64,000 nucleotides of DNA, from positions 215,574,001 to 215,638,000 of the forward strand of contig OZ024740.1 of the NCBI GenBank assembly GCA_964016885.1, read 5' to 3'. This document shows positions 40,020 through 56,400 of the stretch, piece by piece. The translations under genes were made by a program, and so were the position numbers. Origin of the DNA: Eledone cirrhosa (Eukaryota). The first letter of the stretch is position 1; every line of letters starts with the position of its first letter. The notes beneath the pieces are model-generated. The model did not search any database. It had not been told where the DNA came from and saw only the letters and a program-made list of their open reading frames with translations.

Positions 40020-40112
40020 GAATCGACTCCAGTACTAGACTGGTACTTTTTTTATCGACCTTGAATGGATGAAAGGCAAAGTAGACTTCGGCGGGATTTG
40101 AACTCAGAGAGT
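40020..40112 (-). mobile_element. SINE fragment
   Basis: gagttcaaatcccgccgaagtctactttgcctttcatcc core on the minus strand. Confidence 0.75.
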
Positions 40113-41137
40113 GGAGAACCGAAAGTTTAAATTGATTCAATAAATAAATAAACATCCATAGGGCTTTGGGGATGTTTGTAGACAAGAAAATAAGAGATAA
40201 TGCAATCCTCATGTTTGGAAATGTTAATATGGTTTGTGTGAAAGTGAGCTTAGAGAATGTTTCAAATTGGAGAGATTACATACAGAGAGAAGTTCTAGGG
40301 TGTGGAAATAAATATTGACAGCACTTAGTAAGTGTTTGAAGTATAGTAAGGGTTACATGGGCAGGTGAGACAGGTGAGCTGAGTAAGATAAGGTTAAGAA
40401 AGGTTTAAAGTAAATATTGCCAGTAACACCCATGTTTGTCTTTTATTAATGGGCAGGTCTTAGTTCTGGTTTCATGGTGATAAATAGGTAAAATATTAAT
40501 TCCTTCCTCTGAAAACGAGGTCAGTGAATGTGTGATAAGAGTGAAATAAGACTTATTTCCGACATTTAACTGTACTGGGAAAGTAAAATGAAGTTTACTT
40601 CACCCACAGATATAACGAAACCTTTGTAATAAATTAGAACTGAAGATCTGTGAGTTGATAGTTATATATTATGTCTACACTCGGGTCCCAGATAATAGGG
40701 TGGGTGGAGTGGCATAAACGGATGGGGTGGGGGTGAGGGGTGGATCGATAATTTTCCAAGGTTGTCTCCCTTGATTTCTAAAAGAATCAGAATTAGTCGT
40801 TTAGTTTACATATTGAGACCCCAAACCTTCCTATTTTTTTTTATAACGTATGGGATTTTTTGTAATGTTCTTTCTTTTCATGTGCAATGTTTTTTAATGT
40901 CTAAAGAAAATTAATTGTTGCAGAAATGCTACCACTTAAAAAAGAATTTCGTCGAAAATAGATTAGCAAAATTGGTTAAGCGATGTGGTAGTGGGTGATA
41001 AGAGCAGCGGAGAGGTGAAATAAAATCTGAAAAATTAATAAGTGTGTGTGTGTGTGGGGGGGGGGGATATTTTGAGACTCAAGAGCATATATGTGCATAT
41101 ATGTGTGTATATATATATGTATATATATATATATATG

Positions 41138-41203
<66 letters not shown>

Positions 41204-41248
41204 AGTGAGTGTGTGCGTATAAATATATACACACATATATATATATAT

Positions 41249-41969
41249 ATGAGACGTAAAATAAGAAAATTATAAAATTAACTTAAAAATCACTTCCAAC
41301 TAATTAGTTTCTGGAATGGAGTAAATATATTTTCCGAAGAAACATATAGAAAATCATTCCGTCATCAGGAAAGTCTTTTTCCGTATAGGTCTCCAGGCAT
41401 AGCGAGGACACTGGAAACTTATTAAAAAAATAATTCAGTGGAATGGAAATAGCGATGCGTGGACTGGATTCCAAGCCATTGAGAAAATCACTGCCTCTAC
41501 GTCCGTGGCAAATTCAAAAAGAATCAATCACGTGACATCGAGGTCAATCAGTGGAAAGCGAGTGGTTATTAAGACAGCGGCCAGCTTACTACCATAGTAG
41601 CAGTCATGGCCAAATATTGCTCGACAAATGAATTGGAGATAATTATAAGGAATTTATATCTAGTAACATTTATATACACACATGCATATCAATGCTAGCA
41701 AATATATAGGACGTAGAGGCAGTGATTTTCTCAATGGCTTGGAATCCAGTCCACGCATCGCTATTTCCATTCCACTGAATTATTTTTTTAATAAGTTTCC
41801 AGTGTCCTCGCTATGCCTGGAGACCTATACAGAAAAAGACTTTCCTGATGACGGAATGATTTTCTATAAGTTTCTTCGGAAAATATATTTACTCCATTCC
41901 AGAAACTAATTAGTTGGAAGTGATTTTTAGTAAGTAAGTTAATTTTATAATTTTCTTATTTTACGTCTC
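41249..41969. repeat. Inverted repeat (arms 41249-41504 and 41709-41969) with hammerhead-like cores
   Basis: Near-identical reverse-complement arms; CTGATGA cgga...ttcg GAAA at 41845-41882 and mirror core at 41362-41368; stems I and III unclear. Confidence 0.85.
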
Positions 41970-42167
41970 TCATATCATTGTTCTGCAACCCCATGCATTG
42001 AACCACATTGTTAATAAGACAAAACCTATATATTTGCTAGCATTGATATGCATCTGTGTGTATATAAATGTTACTAGATATAAATTCCTTATATATATAT
42101 ATATATATATATATCGTTTCTGAATTTGTTTAGCAAGATTATCGGCAACATGACCCTCCCAAAGCAT

Positions 42168-42256
<89 letters not shown>

Positions 42257-42289
42257 ATGTAGAAGAGTAACACACGAGTTGATATATAT

Positions 42290-42785
42290 AAAAACAAATA
42301 GTTGAAAGGAAAAAGATTTTTTCAGTAGAAAATGCAGAAGAGATTCTTTCAGTGTAATATCAAAACAATTATTTATTTATAAAGAGGATATATCCGCATT
42401 TAATAATGGTTCCAGTTTCAGCATTATATTCAGTGTCAACTGCGGATATGCATAATATGGTTAAGTCCATATTTATACAAATAATAATAATAATAATAAG
42501 GGGAAGAAAAATTATAATTTTTACATACATATTTTGAGAGGAGAGTTCATATCACTGTCCGTGATTGTTCTTCTTTCTCTGTTAGTTGGCTGAAAGAAGT
42601 GGAACTTAATCATATTATGCATATCCGCAGTTGACAATGCATATAAGGCTGAAACCGGTACCATTATTAAATGCGGAAATATCCACTTTATAAATAAATA
42701 AATAAATGGTTTGATATTACACTGAAAGAATCTCTTCGGCATTTTCTACTGAAAAAATCTTTTTCCTTTCAACTATTTGTTTATA
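42290..42785. repeat. Diverged inverted repeat (about 180-bp arms) with a decayed hammerhead relic
   Basis: aaacaaatagttgaaaggaaaaagattttttcagtagaaaatg matches the reverse complement at 42740-42782. Confidence 0.8.
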
Positions 42786-42804
42786 TATATATATATATGT
42801 GTGG

Positions 42805-42839
<35 letters not shown>

Positions 42840-43885
42840 TGTGTGTGTGTGTGTGTGAATGTGTGTGTATGTGTGTGTATAAATATGTGTGTATGTATGT
42901 ATGTATGTATGTATGTATGTATGTATGTATGTATGTATGTGTGTGTGTGTGTGTGTGTACATGTATGTATGTATATGCACGAGGACATAGAAATAATTGT
43001 GCTGGATACCCGATCGCGCAGTTAAACCACTGGGAGTGAAGGACCCCCACTAGCCTTTGTCGGGGCATTCTTCTAGGAGAAGGTAACTCAGGAAACAGGG
43101 ATAACTCCGACATAAAACCTGCGGTTCAGTAGTTACCAATGATGTTGATCTTTTCTTCTTTTCGGGTTATAGCTACTGTCGCTCAGAGAGTGGGATTGGC
43201 TCAGTGCACAGTCTTGCCTCACTTTAAAAAAATGTTCACGCACAGGCATTGCACGATAGCATTAATTAATAATTATTAATAATGGTATATCGTGCAATGG
43301 CCATGCACGATAACGAGGAGGCAGCCATCATATATATATATGTGTGTGTGTGTGTGTGCGCGCGCGCGAGTGTGTGTGTGTGCGTATGTGTGCGTGTGTG
43401 TGCGTGTGTGTGCGTGTGTGTGTATGTATATAATGTCCTTATACCTTGCTACTACTGGGTGTATCATGATTGTAGTGGTAGTAGTAGTGACAGTATGTGG
43501 GTATGGAATGAATGTGACTGAGTGTTTCCTTGAATACTTGTGACTGAGTTTTTCCTTGGATACTTGTGACTGACGGCTCTGTACCTTACAGTCTGTAGGT
43601 ATCTGACGAAAACATCTCATATCTACCAACCGTACTTTACTAATGGATGTATTTAACCAGCTGTTCAGGACTTACCGCGTATTTATAAGATATACAACTT
43701 TACGACGTGAAAAACAAGCATGCGACTTATCTACTGAACCTACAAGTGAAGTTTTGGGGTTCAGTAGATAAATCCCATTTCAAAATATTTCGTACAGTGT
43801 AAGCGTTGTATGTAAAATAGAAGTGTAACTTATCTCTAGACGCAACTTATACATGGGTATATACAGTATCGCCATAAACTGCAAG

Positions 43886-44082
43886 TACGAGGGTCGGCTG
43901 AAAAGAGTGATGCTAGAGCTGTGAAATCTTGCATGTATTAATTTCAACCCATCTTATTAATAATTTCATAGTTTCTTTCCAGGGACTGTGTTGAAAAATA
44001 AACCTCATTTGGTCATTCCATGAGAGTATCTTGGTCAGCCTATGAACCTTTCCGCCTATGAACTTTTCAGCTGACCCTCGTA
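43886..44082. mobile_element. Mariner-derived MITE
   Basis: TA-cgagggtcggctgaaaag ... cttttcagctgaccctcg-TA terminal inverted repeats. Confidence 0.8.
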
Positions 44083-44261
44083 TATGGTGATGAGAAATCA
44101 TCAGAATTTTTAAATATTGGATCGAAGATTGGAGATTTTCACTTAATGATTCCCCCCCCCCCCCCCAAACTAGTAGAATTTCTAGAATTTCTAGAAACTT
44201 CATTTTTGGTAAATGTAATCCCCAACTCCCACAAGAACTCTCGAAATCGGAGTGACAGCAG

Positions 44262-44319
44262 GCCGTCTGAAGATAAAGCCCCACGAGATGGGGTGGATGT
44301 TGAAACAAGTGTCGCTGGC
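44262..44319 (+). ncRNA. Possible hammerhead after a PLE ORF 3' remnant
   Basis: gccgt CTGAAGA taaagcccca(cgaga)tggggtggatgtt GAAA caagtg TC gctggc; a second GAAA cacc...ggtg TA half lies at 44367-44391. Confidence 0.5.
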
Positions 44320-44923
44320 AATTATCCGTGACAATGCCTTTGCTATTTCGTCCACGGGGTGCAGATGAAACACCGCTATAACTCAGGTGTAGAGTCTGTC
44401 ACCCTCACCCCTTCCTCCTTTCTTTCTTTCATTGCCTAATAACCCTTACCCTTCCCTTCCCTTTCCTCTCAATGTTACTATATTTTTTTTGTTTGATTAG
44501 ATATTAAACTTTTTATTTTACCCTAGAAATCAACTTCATATTTATATTTTTATTTTATGTATATCTCTATTTTTACTTTTATTGTTACTGCACCACACTA
44601 CCCCCCCCCCTCCCAAAAAAAAACCCCGCTAAAACATTCTTGAACTTTTGGCCCAATTGTGACAATGCACCTGTAGAAAACCCCCACACATGCTAACCCC
44701 CATCCACATATGCTCACCCCCTACACATGCACACACACACAGACGACAGGGCACCATACATAAATTATGTTTATATGTACAAAATGGAATAAATAAATAA
44801 AAACTATACAGCTTTTGTATTTTTATTTTAATAGGAAAAATAATTTTCTATTGAATCAACTAAATACTGAACTTTTGAACTCCCGCCCCAACGCCCCCAC
44901 CCACACAAACATATATATATAAG

Positions 44924-45220
44924 ATTCTTCTTCTTCTTCTTCTTCTTCTTCTTCTTCTTCTTGTGGGGGTCGTGGTAGTAGAGTCCTTAAACACTCCTTC
45001 CAGTTGGTCCTGTCAGAAGCAACCGTCTCCAACTGATCTGGCTGGATCCCCAAGTGAGACCAGCCAGCCTCATGGATGTTATCCAACCATATTTTATTGG
45101 CGATCGTATTCTTTCGGTCATTACCCAAGATTCATGACCCTAGGTAAGGGTTGGTACCAATACCGAATTGAAGATAGCGAGTTTGTCTTTTACACCTACC
45201 TACATTCTTCTGATTACCGA
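44924..45220 (-). mobile_element. RTE-clade LINE 3' end with (GAA)n tail
   Basis: WLDNIHEAGWSHLGIQPDQLETVASDRTNWKECLRTLLPRP resembles the RTE C-terminus. Confidence 0.7.
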
Positions 45221-45482
45221 ATGCTGAAGCTGGTGCAGTAATGCTGAAGCTGGTGCAGTAATGCTGAAGCTGGTGCAGTAATGCACCAGCTCCTGCAATT
45301 TGTACGCTTATATGTGAATAAGACGTTCATTCAAATAAAATAGCCATTTGTTTAATAGTTCACATAAGAACAGAAGTTTTTGATAAGTTTGTTGTAACCA
45401 TTAGAAACCGGTACCAAATGTCTAGAAACATTTGGTATTTAAAGGATTCTTTAAATACACTTCAGTGCTTTAATTTCCCCAA

Positions 45483-47139
<1,657 letters not shown>

Positions 47140-47212
47140 TAATAACAATGATAATAATAATAATAATACTAATACTACTACTACTACCATCACCACCATC
47201 ACCACTACCATC

Positions 47213-47246
<34 letters not shown>

Positions 47247-47279
47247 TTTACTTCAATATATATAATATTGTGTTGTGTG

Positions 47280-48600
47280 TATATATATAACAATATATGT
47301 GTGTGTGTATATATTGTATCTGTGTATATACAATAATGTATGTATATATATATATAACAATGTATGTGTGCGTATATATATTGAATCAGTGTATATACAA
47401 CTATGTATGTGTGTATATATGTATAACAATGTATGTGCATATATAAAACAATGTATGTGTGTATAAATGTATAACAATATGTGTGTGCGTATATATATTG
47501 TGTCTGTGTATATGTAACAATGTATGTGTGCGTATATATATAACAATGTCAGTGTGTGTGTGTATAACAATGTATGTATGTATATAACAATGTATGTGTA
47601 TTGTGTATATATACAATGTCTGTGTGTGTATATATGTATAACAATGCATGTGTATATTATAAGTAAATAACGTATGTGTATATATATGTATGACAGTGTA
47701 TATGTATGTATGTATAACAATGCATCTGTGTATATATGTATAACAATGTATGTGTGTATATGTATAACGATGTATGTGTATATATGTATAACAATGCATC
47801 TGTGTATATATGTATAACAATGTATGTGTGTATATATGTATAACAATGTATGTGTATATATGTATAACAATGTATGTGTATATATGTATAACAATGTATG
47901 TGTGTATAAATGTATAACAATGTATGTGTATATATGTATAACAATGTATGTGTATATATGTATAACAATGTATGTGTGTATATGTATAACAATGTATGTG
48001 TATATATGTATAACAATGTATGTGTGTATATGTATAACAATGTATGTGTATATATGTATAACAATGTATGTGTATATATGTATAACAATGTATGTGTATA
48101 TATGTATAACAATGTATGTGTGTATAAATGTATAACAATGTATGTGTATATATGTATAACAATGTATGTGTATATATGTATAACAATGTATGTGTGTATA
48201 TGTATAACAATGTATGTGTATATATGTATAACAATGTATGTGTGTATATGTATAACAATGTATGTGTGTATATGTATAACAATGTATGTGTATATATGTA
48301 TAACAATGTATGTGTGTATATGTATAACAATGTATGTGTGTATATGTATAACAATGCATGTGTGTATAAAAGTATAGCAATGTATGTGTGTGTATATATG
48401 TATAACAATGCATGTGTATATTATATGTATAACAATGTATGTGTGTATATGTTTAACAATGCATGTGTGTATATGTATAACAATGTATGTGTGTATATGT
48501 TTAACAATGCATGTGTGTATAAATGTATAGCAATGTATATGTGTGTATATATGTATAACAATGCATGTGTATATTATATGTATAACAATGTCTGTATATA
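47280..48600. repeat. 24/26-bp minisatellite (TATGTATAACAATGTATGTGTATA)
   Basis: Visible tandem unit. Confidence 0.92.
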
Positions 48601-49727
48601 ATACGTGAGCTATTGAGTGATTCTATTGTGGTATTTCCGTGTGTGTGGCCCTATTTCTCCCTGTCTACCCTGCCTATTGTGTTTAGTCCGAAGGATTGCC
48701 CCCATGAAGGAAGGGGTTAGAATGAGAGGGGGAGTGATAAGTCGCCTGTTAGTGAACTATTCAGATTTTTGTTTTATTTACATCCGGGCTAAATTCTATG
48801 TTTGGTGCACATACACTCCATATTTTTGTAGGGTTGTGTTAGTGTATATATATATATACATATGTAAACATATAATAATAATAATATGGACTAGGTGTGT
48901 GTGTATATATATATATATACACATATATATTAAACACTGTATTTACTGCCTCTGTTAAGTTCTTTTTATCTGTTTCTCAATGACAACAATGTCACAATGT
49001 CGCTATCTGTTGTATCCCAGAGAATAGATGAGTAATTATTTCCTGCCACCATCTCTAGTCCTCCTACCTATTATTTCCACACACACGCCCCGTCTCCTCC
49101 CTTTTCTATCCTTATTCAATTATCTGTACTTTATTTACTACATGAGATAACAACAACTAGCTGTCCATGTCATGTCGATAACGATATTCAGATTTGGTGG
49201 CTATTTTGTTCGCTGTAACAATCATTATCATTTAATCTTTTACGAACCAAACCATCAGTTGATACCACCATTTCACCATTTCACCACTCCACCTTTTGCT
49301 TTTCATTGTGTCATATAGTTTAGTGCTAATCTCTTTTTTTTTTCTCGTCTCAATTATTTGACCTTTCACGTTAGTTGTTTACTTCAATGTAGCTTTGTCT
49401 ACATTTACAAAATACATTTGTTGTTTTTAACATTTTCGTGATAAAAAAATATTTTTAACTGTTTTATTTTCTACCCCAAGAGTTCAATATCCTGTAAATC
49501 GAACATATATTCCATGATATCACCAACATCTCTTTGTGATCGGCTATGTAAAGTCGATGCATATCTGCTATTGAACGTTGTACATTTTTAGATTCTATTC
49601 ATTCGTCTTGGTTTTAGCACCATTGATTGTTGTAATCCACAGCTAACGTTACAATCTGAGGTAACGAGTGGAGGTATCTAGAAATTGGGGTACACAGACA
49701 GAGGAACACGGTTGTGTTGAGGTATGT

Positions 49728-49990
49728 AAAGACTGAGGTACCTAGAGACTGGGGTACCCAGAGACTGGGATACCACCAGAGACTGAGATACGTAAAGACC
49801 GAGGTACGTAAAGACTGAGGTACCTAGAAACTGGGGTACCCAGAGACTGGGGTACCCCTAGATCCTGAGGTACATAAAGACTGAAGTACCCAGAGATTGA
49901 GGTACCCAAAGACTAAGGTACCCAGAGACTGAGGTACCCATAGATTGAGGTACCCAGAGATTAAGGTACCTAGAGACTGTGGCACCCACA
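49728..49990. repeat. 16-bp minisatellite (GAGACTGAGGTACCCA-like)
   Basis: Visible tandem unit. Confidence 0.88.
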
Positions 49991-50626
49991 CTGATTAGCT
50001 AGTTGTGCTAAAGATGTAGCTGTAGACAAGATACGACGAACATTTTTAAAGAAAGTGTCCTTCATTATTTTTCTTACTTTCCATTTTCTTCTTGTCACAC
50101 TTGGTTGAGTTGCATGACAAATGGGATCTTCTGAATCTTGTAACATCATAGCGCAGCGAACTTATACTACTTTAATCTCTTCAAACAAAGATGATAAAGG
50201 AAGTTGGAGATTTTCAGTTTGGCTATAAAGATAGTTTTGTTAAGTTCGGCGGTGAACCAAACCATTTCCGCTCGAAAATTCTACCACAACCCGCCATTTT
50301 CTCGACTCCTGTCAAGGATATTTCGTAGAGATGGAGGGGTCATAGGAACCCCTGGAAAGGCCGTACTGATAGCACCACGCCTTAGACTTCTGGTCTTCTT
50401 GGTCTTTGTTTCATTTTGGTTTCTATCTCACTAACCATCCTGGTATCATTTAGGGGCATTGCATAGATACGGCCAAGACTCGTAATGGTCTAATCCAAGA
50501 CACACACACACACACATACACACAGACACACAGACACACAGACACACAGACACACAGACACACAGACACACACACACACATACACACACACACACACACA
50601 CAGACACACACACACACACTAACACA

Positions 50627-50679
<53 letters not shown>

Positions 50680-50989
50680 GTGTGTGTGTGTGTGATATGT
50701 ATATATTCGTATATACATATATACATACTTATATATAAATATGTTTAGATGTGCATGTATGTGTATGGAAGTACCCATTATGTCCAAAATAAGATCATTT
50801 AAAGAACTTAGTTTATGAAACAAACACACACACACACACACACATAAACATAAACACACACACACACACACACGAACACACATGCCTTACTACTCCACAG
50901 CCTGGGTGTTGTACGTTAGGAAGTGAAGTCGGTATATTACACTGAGTTACCCCTTAAAGACCACCCAGTGACTACATTACAGCCCCAAC

Positions 50990-52006
50990 ACAACCACCAC
51001 CACTACTACTACCGCCACCACCACTACTACTACCACTACCACCACCATCACCACCACCACCACCACCACCACCATCACCACCACCATCTCCACCACCACT
51101 ATCACTGCCACCACCACCATCACCATCACCACCACCACCACCACCACGACCACCACCACCACCATCACCACCACCACCATCACCACCACCACCACCACCA
51201 CCACCACCACCACCACCACCACCACCACCACCACCACCACCACCACCACTATCACTGCCATCACCACCACCACCAACACCACCATCATCACCACCACTAT
51301 CAATGCCATCACCACCACCACCACCACCACCACCACCACCACCACCACCACCACCACCATCACCACCACCACTATCACTGCCATCACCACCACCACCGAC
51401 AACACCACCACCACCACTATCACTGCCACCACCACCACAACCACCCCAACACACATAAACAACAATCAATTTTCTTTGGCCATTTAGTTTTCAGCCCCCT
51501 CCCCCCCCCAATACACTCTCCTTCCTCCAGCTCCCTCCCCCTCTTCCAATACATCAACTCTTTCAATCACATCACACATCTTCCTAATTTCTCTTCGTTT
51601 ATCTCTTCTTCTTCTTCTTCTTCTTCTTCTTCTTCTTCTTCTTCTTCTTCTTCTTCTTCTTCTTCTTCTTCTCCCCTTCTCTCTTTCCCTCCCTCTCTTT
51701 CTGTCTATCTACCCCTCTCCCCCTCTCTTTCTATCTCTCTCCCTCTCCCTTCTCTCTCTTTCCATTCCTCTCTCTGTCTATCTCACTCTTTCTCCTCTCT
51801 CTCTACTTCTCTCCCTCTCACTAGGCGTTCAACTTCCCTGTCTTTTCACCTCTACCCGGCATCCTCCCTTTATTTTTACTTCCATCTTGTTTATTTCCCT
51901 TCCTTACCTCTCCCCACCACCATCGGCAACCTGCACTTCCTCTTTCATTCATCTCAGGGTTCTACCCCCTCTCACTTCTCCTCCTACCTTGCCTATATTG
52001 TCTTTC

Positions 52007-52037
<31 letters not shown>

Positions 52038-52090
52038 CTTCTTCTTCTTCTTCTTCTTCTTCTTCTTCTTCTTCTTCTTCTTCTTCTTCT

Positions 52091-52142
<52 letters not shown>

Positions 52143-52260
52143 ATATTTATCTATCTCTATCTCTCTTCTTCTACCTTTCTTCTATTGCCATTCTCTTCTT
52201 CTACCTCCTCTCTGCTCTCTCTTATCTATCTTCCTCCTTCTCTTCTCCCTCTCTCTCTGT
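50990..52260. repeat. (CAC)n, (TTC)n and (TC)n low-complexity tracts
   Basis: Visible. Confidence 0.9.
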
Positions 52261-52317
52261 CACAGACCAGCAATGTTTACTCTACCAGTTGTTTATTACC
52301 AGTCACACTGGACTGGA

Positions 52318-53395
52318 ACAACAACAACAGCTACAACAACACCAATTACAACAACAACAGCTACAAAAACAGCAATTACAACAACAACAGCTACAACAAC
52401 AACAGCTTAGTCAACAGCAATTACAACAACAGCAATTACAACAACAGCAATTACGACAAGAGGAATTACAACAACAACAGCAATTACAACAACAACAGCA
52501 AGTACAACAACAACAGCAATTACAGCAACAACAGCTACGACAACAACAGCAATTACAACAACAGCAATTACAACAACATCAATTACAACAACAGCAATTA
52601 CAACAACAGCAATTACAACAACAACAGCAATTACAACAACAACAGCAATTACAACAACAACAGCAATTACAACAACAGCAATTACAACAACAACAGCAAT
52701 TACAACAACAACAGCAATTACAACAACAGCAATTACAACAACAACAGCAATTACAACAACAACAGCTACAACAACAACAGCTACAACAACAGCAATTACA
52801 ACAACAGCAATTACAAGAACAACAGATACGACAACAGCAATTACAACAACAGTAATTACAACAACAGCAATTACAACAACAACAGCTACGACAACAACAA
52901 TTACAACAACAGCAATTACAACAAGAGCAATTATAACAACAACAACAACAACAGCTACAACGGGAATTACAGCAACAACAGCTACGACAACAGCAATTAC
53001 AACAACAACAACAGCTACAACAGCTACAACAACAGCAATTACAACAACAGCAATTACAACAACAGCAATTACAACAACAGCAATTACAACAACAACAGTA
53101 ATTACAACAACAACAACAACAACAGCTACAACAGCAATTACAGCAACAACAGCTACGACAACAGCAATTACGACAACAACAACAACAGCTACAACAGCTA
53201 CAACAACAGCAATTACAACAACAGCAATTACAACAACAGCAATTACAACGACAGCAATTACAACAACAGCAATTACAACAACAGCAATTACAACTACAAC
53301 AACAATTACAACTACAACATCAATTACAACAACAACAAAAATTACAACAACAACATCAACAACTACAACAACAATTACACCAACAACAACAAAAA
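52318..53395. repeat. 15/18-bp (CAACAACAGCAATTA)-type minisatellite
   Basis: Visible. Confidence 0.92.
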
Positions 53396-53484
53396 CTAAG
53401 ACTAAACTAGAAAAACAACAAAATCAAACTAAACGTCATCATCATTATCAACATTATCTTCATTATTGTTATAATACACATCAT

Positions 53485-56400
53485 CACCACCACCAAGACT
53501 AACACCATCATCATCAACACCACCAAGAGTAACACCATCATCATCAACACCACCAAGACTAACATCATCATCATCAACACCACCAAGACTAACACCATCA
53601 TCATCAACACCACCAAGAGTAACACCATCATCATCAACACCACCAAGACTAACATCATCATCATCAACACCACCAACACTAACACCATCATCATCATCAA
53701 CACCACCAAGACTAACACCATCATCATCAACACCACCAAGACTAACACCACCATCATCATCAACACCACCAAGACTAACACCATCATCATCAACACCACC
53801 AAGACTAACATCATCATCATCAACACCACCAAGACTAACACCATCATCATCATCAACACCACCAAGACTAACACCATCATCATCAACACCACCAAGACTA
53901 ACACCATCATCATCATCAACACCACCAAGACTAACACCATCATCATCAACACCACCAAGACTAACACCATCATCATCATCAACACCACCAAGACTAACAT
54001 CATCATCATCAACACCACCAAGACTAACATCATCATCATCATCAACACCACCAAGACTAACACCACCATCATCAACACCACCAAGACTAACATCATCATC
54101 ATCAACACCACCAAGACTAACACCATCATCATCAACACCACCAAGACTAACACCATCATCATCATCAACACCACCAAGACTAACATCATCATCATCAACA
54201 CCACCAAGACTAACATCATCATCATCAACACCACCAAGACTAACACCATCATCATCAACACCACCAAGACTAACACCATCATCATCAACACCACCAAGAC
54301 TAACACCATCATCATCATCAACACCACCAAGACTAACATCATCATCATCAACACCACCAAGACTAACATCATCATCATCATCAACACCACCAAGACTAAC
54401 ACCACCATCATCAACACCACCAAGACTAACATCATCATCATCAACACCACCAAGACTAACACCATCATCATCAACACCACCAAGACTAACACCACCATCA
54501 TCAACACCACCAAGACTAACATCATCATCATCAACACCACCAAGACTAACACCATCATCATCAACACCACCAAGACTAACACCACCATCATCAACACCAC
54601 CAAGACTAACATCATCATCATCAACACCACCAAGACTAACACCATCATCATCAACACCACCAAGACTAACACCATCATCATCATCAACACCACCAAGACT
54701 AACATCATCATCATCAACACCACCAAGACTAACACCACCATCATCAACACCACCAAGACTAACATCATCATCATCAACACCACCAAGACTAACACCATCA
54801 TCATCAACACCACCAAGACTAACACCATCATCATCATCAACACCACCAAGACTAACATCATCATCATCAACACCACCAAGACTAACATCATCATCATCAA
54901 CACCACCAAGACTAACACCATCATCATCAACACCACCAAGACTAACACCATCATCATCATCAACACCACCAAGACTAACACCACCATCATCAACACCACC
55001 AAGACTAACATCATCATCATCAACACCACCAAGACTAACACCATCATCATCAACACCACCAAGACTAACACCATCATCATCATCAACACCACCAAGACTA
55101 ACACCACCATCATCAACACCACCAAGACTAACATCATCATCATCAACACCACCAAGACTAACACCACCATCATCAACACCACCAAGACTAACATCATCAT
55201 CATCAACACCACCAAGACTAACACCATCATCATCAACACCACCAAGACTAACACCATCATCATCAACACCACCAAGACTAACATCATCATCATCAACACC
55301 ACCAAGACTAACATCATCATCATCATCAACACCACCAAGACTAACACCGCCATCATCAACACCACCAAGACTAACATCATCATCATCAACACCACCAAGA
55401 CTAACATCACCATCATCAACACCACCAAGACTAACATCATCATCATCAACACCACCAAGACTAACACCACCATCATCAACACCACCAAGACTAACACCAT
55501 CATCATCAACACCACCAAGACTAACACCATCATCATCAACACCACCAAGACTAACACCATCATCATCAACACCACCAAGACTAACATCATCATCATCATC
55601 AACACCACCAAGACTAACATCATCATCATCAACACCACCAAGACTAACACCATCATCATCAACACCACCAAGTCTAACACCATCATCATCAACACCACCA
55701 AGACTAACACCATCATCATCATCAACACCACCAAGACTAACACCATCATCATCAACACCACCAAGACTAACACCATCATCATCAACACCACCAAGTCTAA
55801 CACCATCATCATCATCAACACCACCAAGACTAACATCATCATCATCAACACCACCAAGTCTAACACCATCATCATCAACACCACCAAGACTAACATCATC
55901 ATCATCAACACCACCAAGTCTAACACCATCATCATCAACACCACCAAGACTAACACCATCATCATCAACACCACCAAGACTAACACCATCATCATCATCA
56001 ACACCACCAAGACTAACATCATCATCATCAACACCACCAAGTCTAACACCATCATCATCAACACCACCAAGACTAACACCATCATCATCAACACCACCAA
56101 GACTAACACCATCATCATCATCAACACCACCAAGACTAACATCATCACCATCAACACCACCAAGTCTAACACCATCATCATCAACACCACCAAGACTAAC
56201 ACCATCATCATCAACACCACCAAGACTAACATCATCATCATCAACACCACCAAGACTAACATCATCATCATCAACACCACCAAGTCTAACACCATCATCA
56301 TCAACACCACCAAGACTTACACCATCATCATCAACACCACCAAGACTAACATCATCATCATCAACACCACCAAGACTAACACCATCATCATCATCAACAC

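Noticed and set aside
47280-49990. CRISPR-like appearance of the minisatellites
   Set aside because: No unique spacers, no cas genes, eukaryotic context.
50923-53399. Poly-H, poly-G, poly-Q and N/Y-rich ORFs
   Set aside because: Simple-repeat translations.
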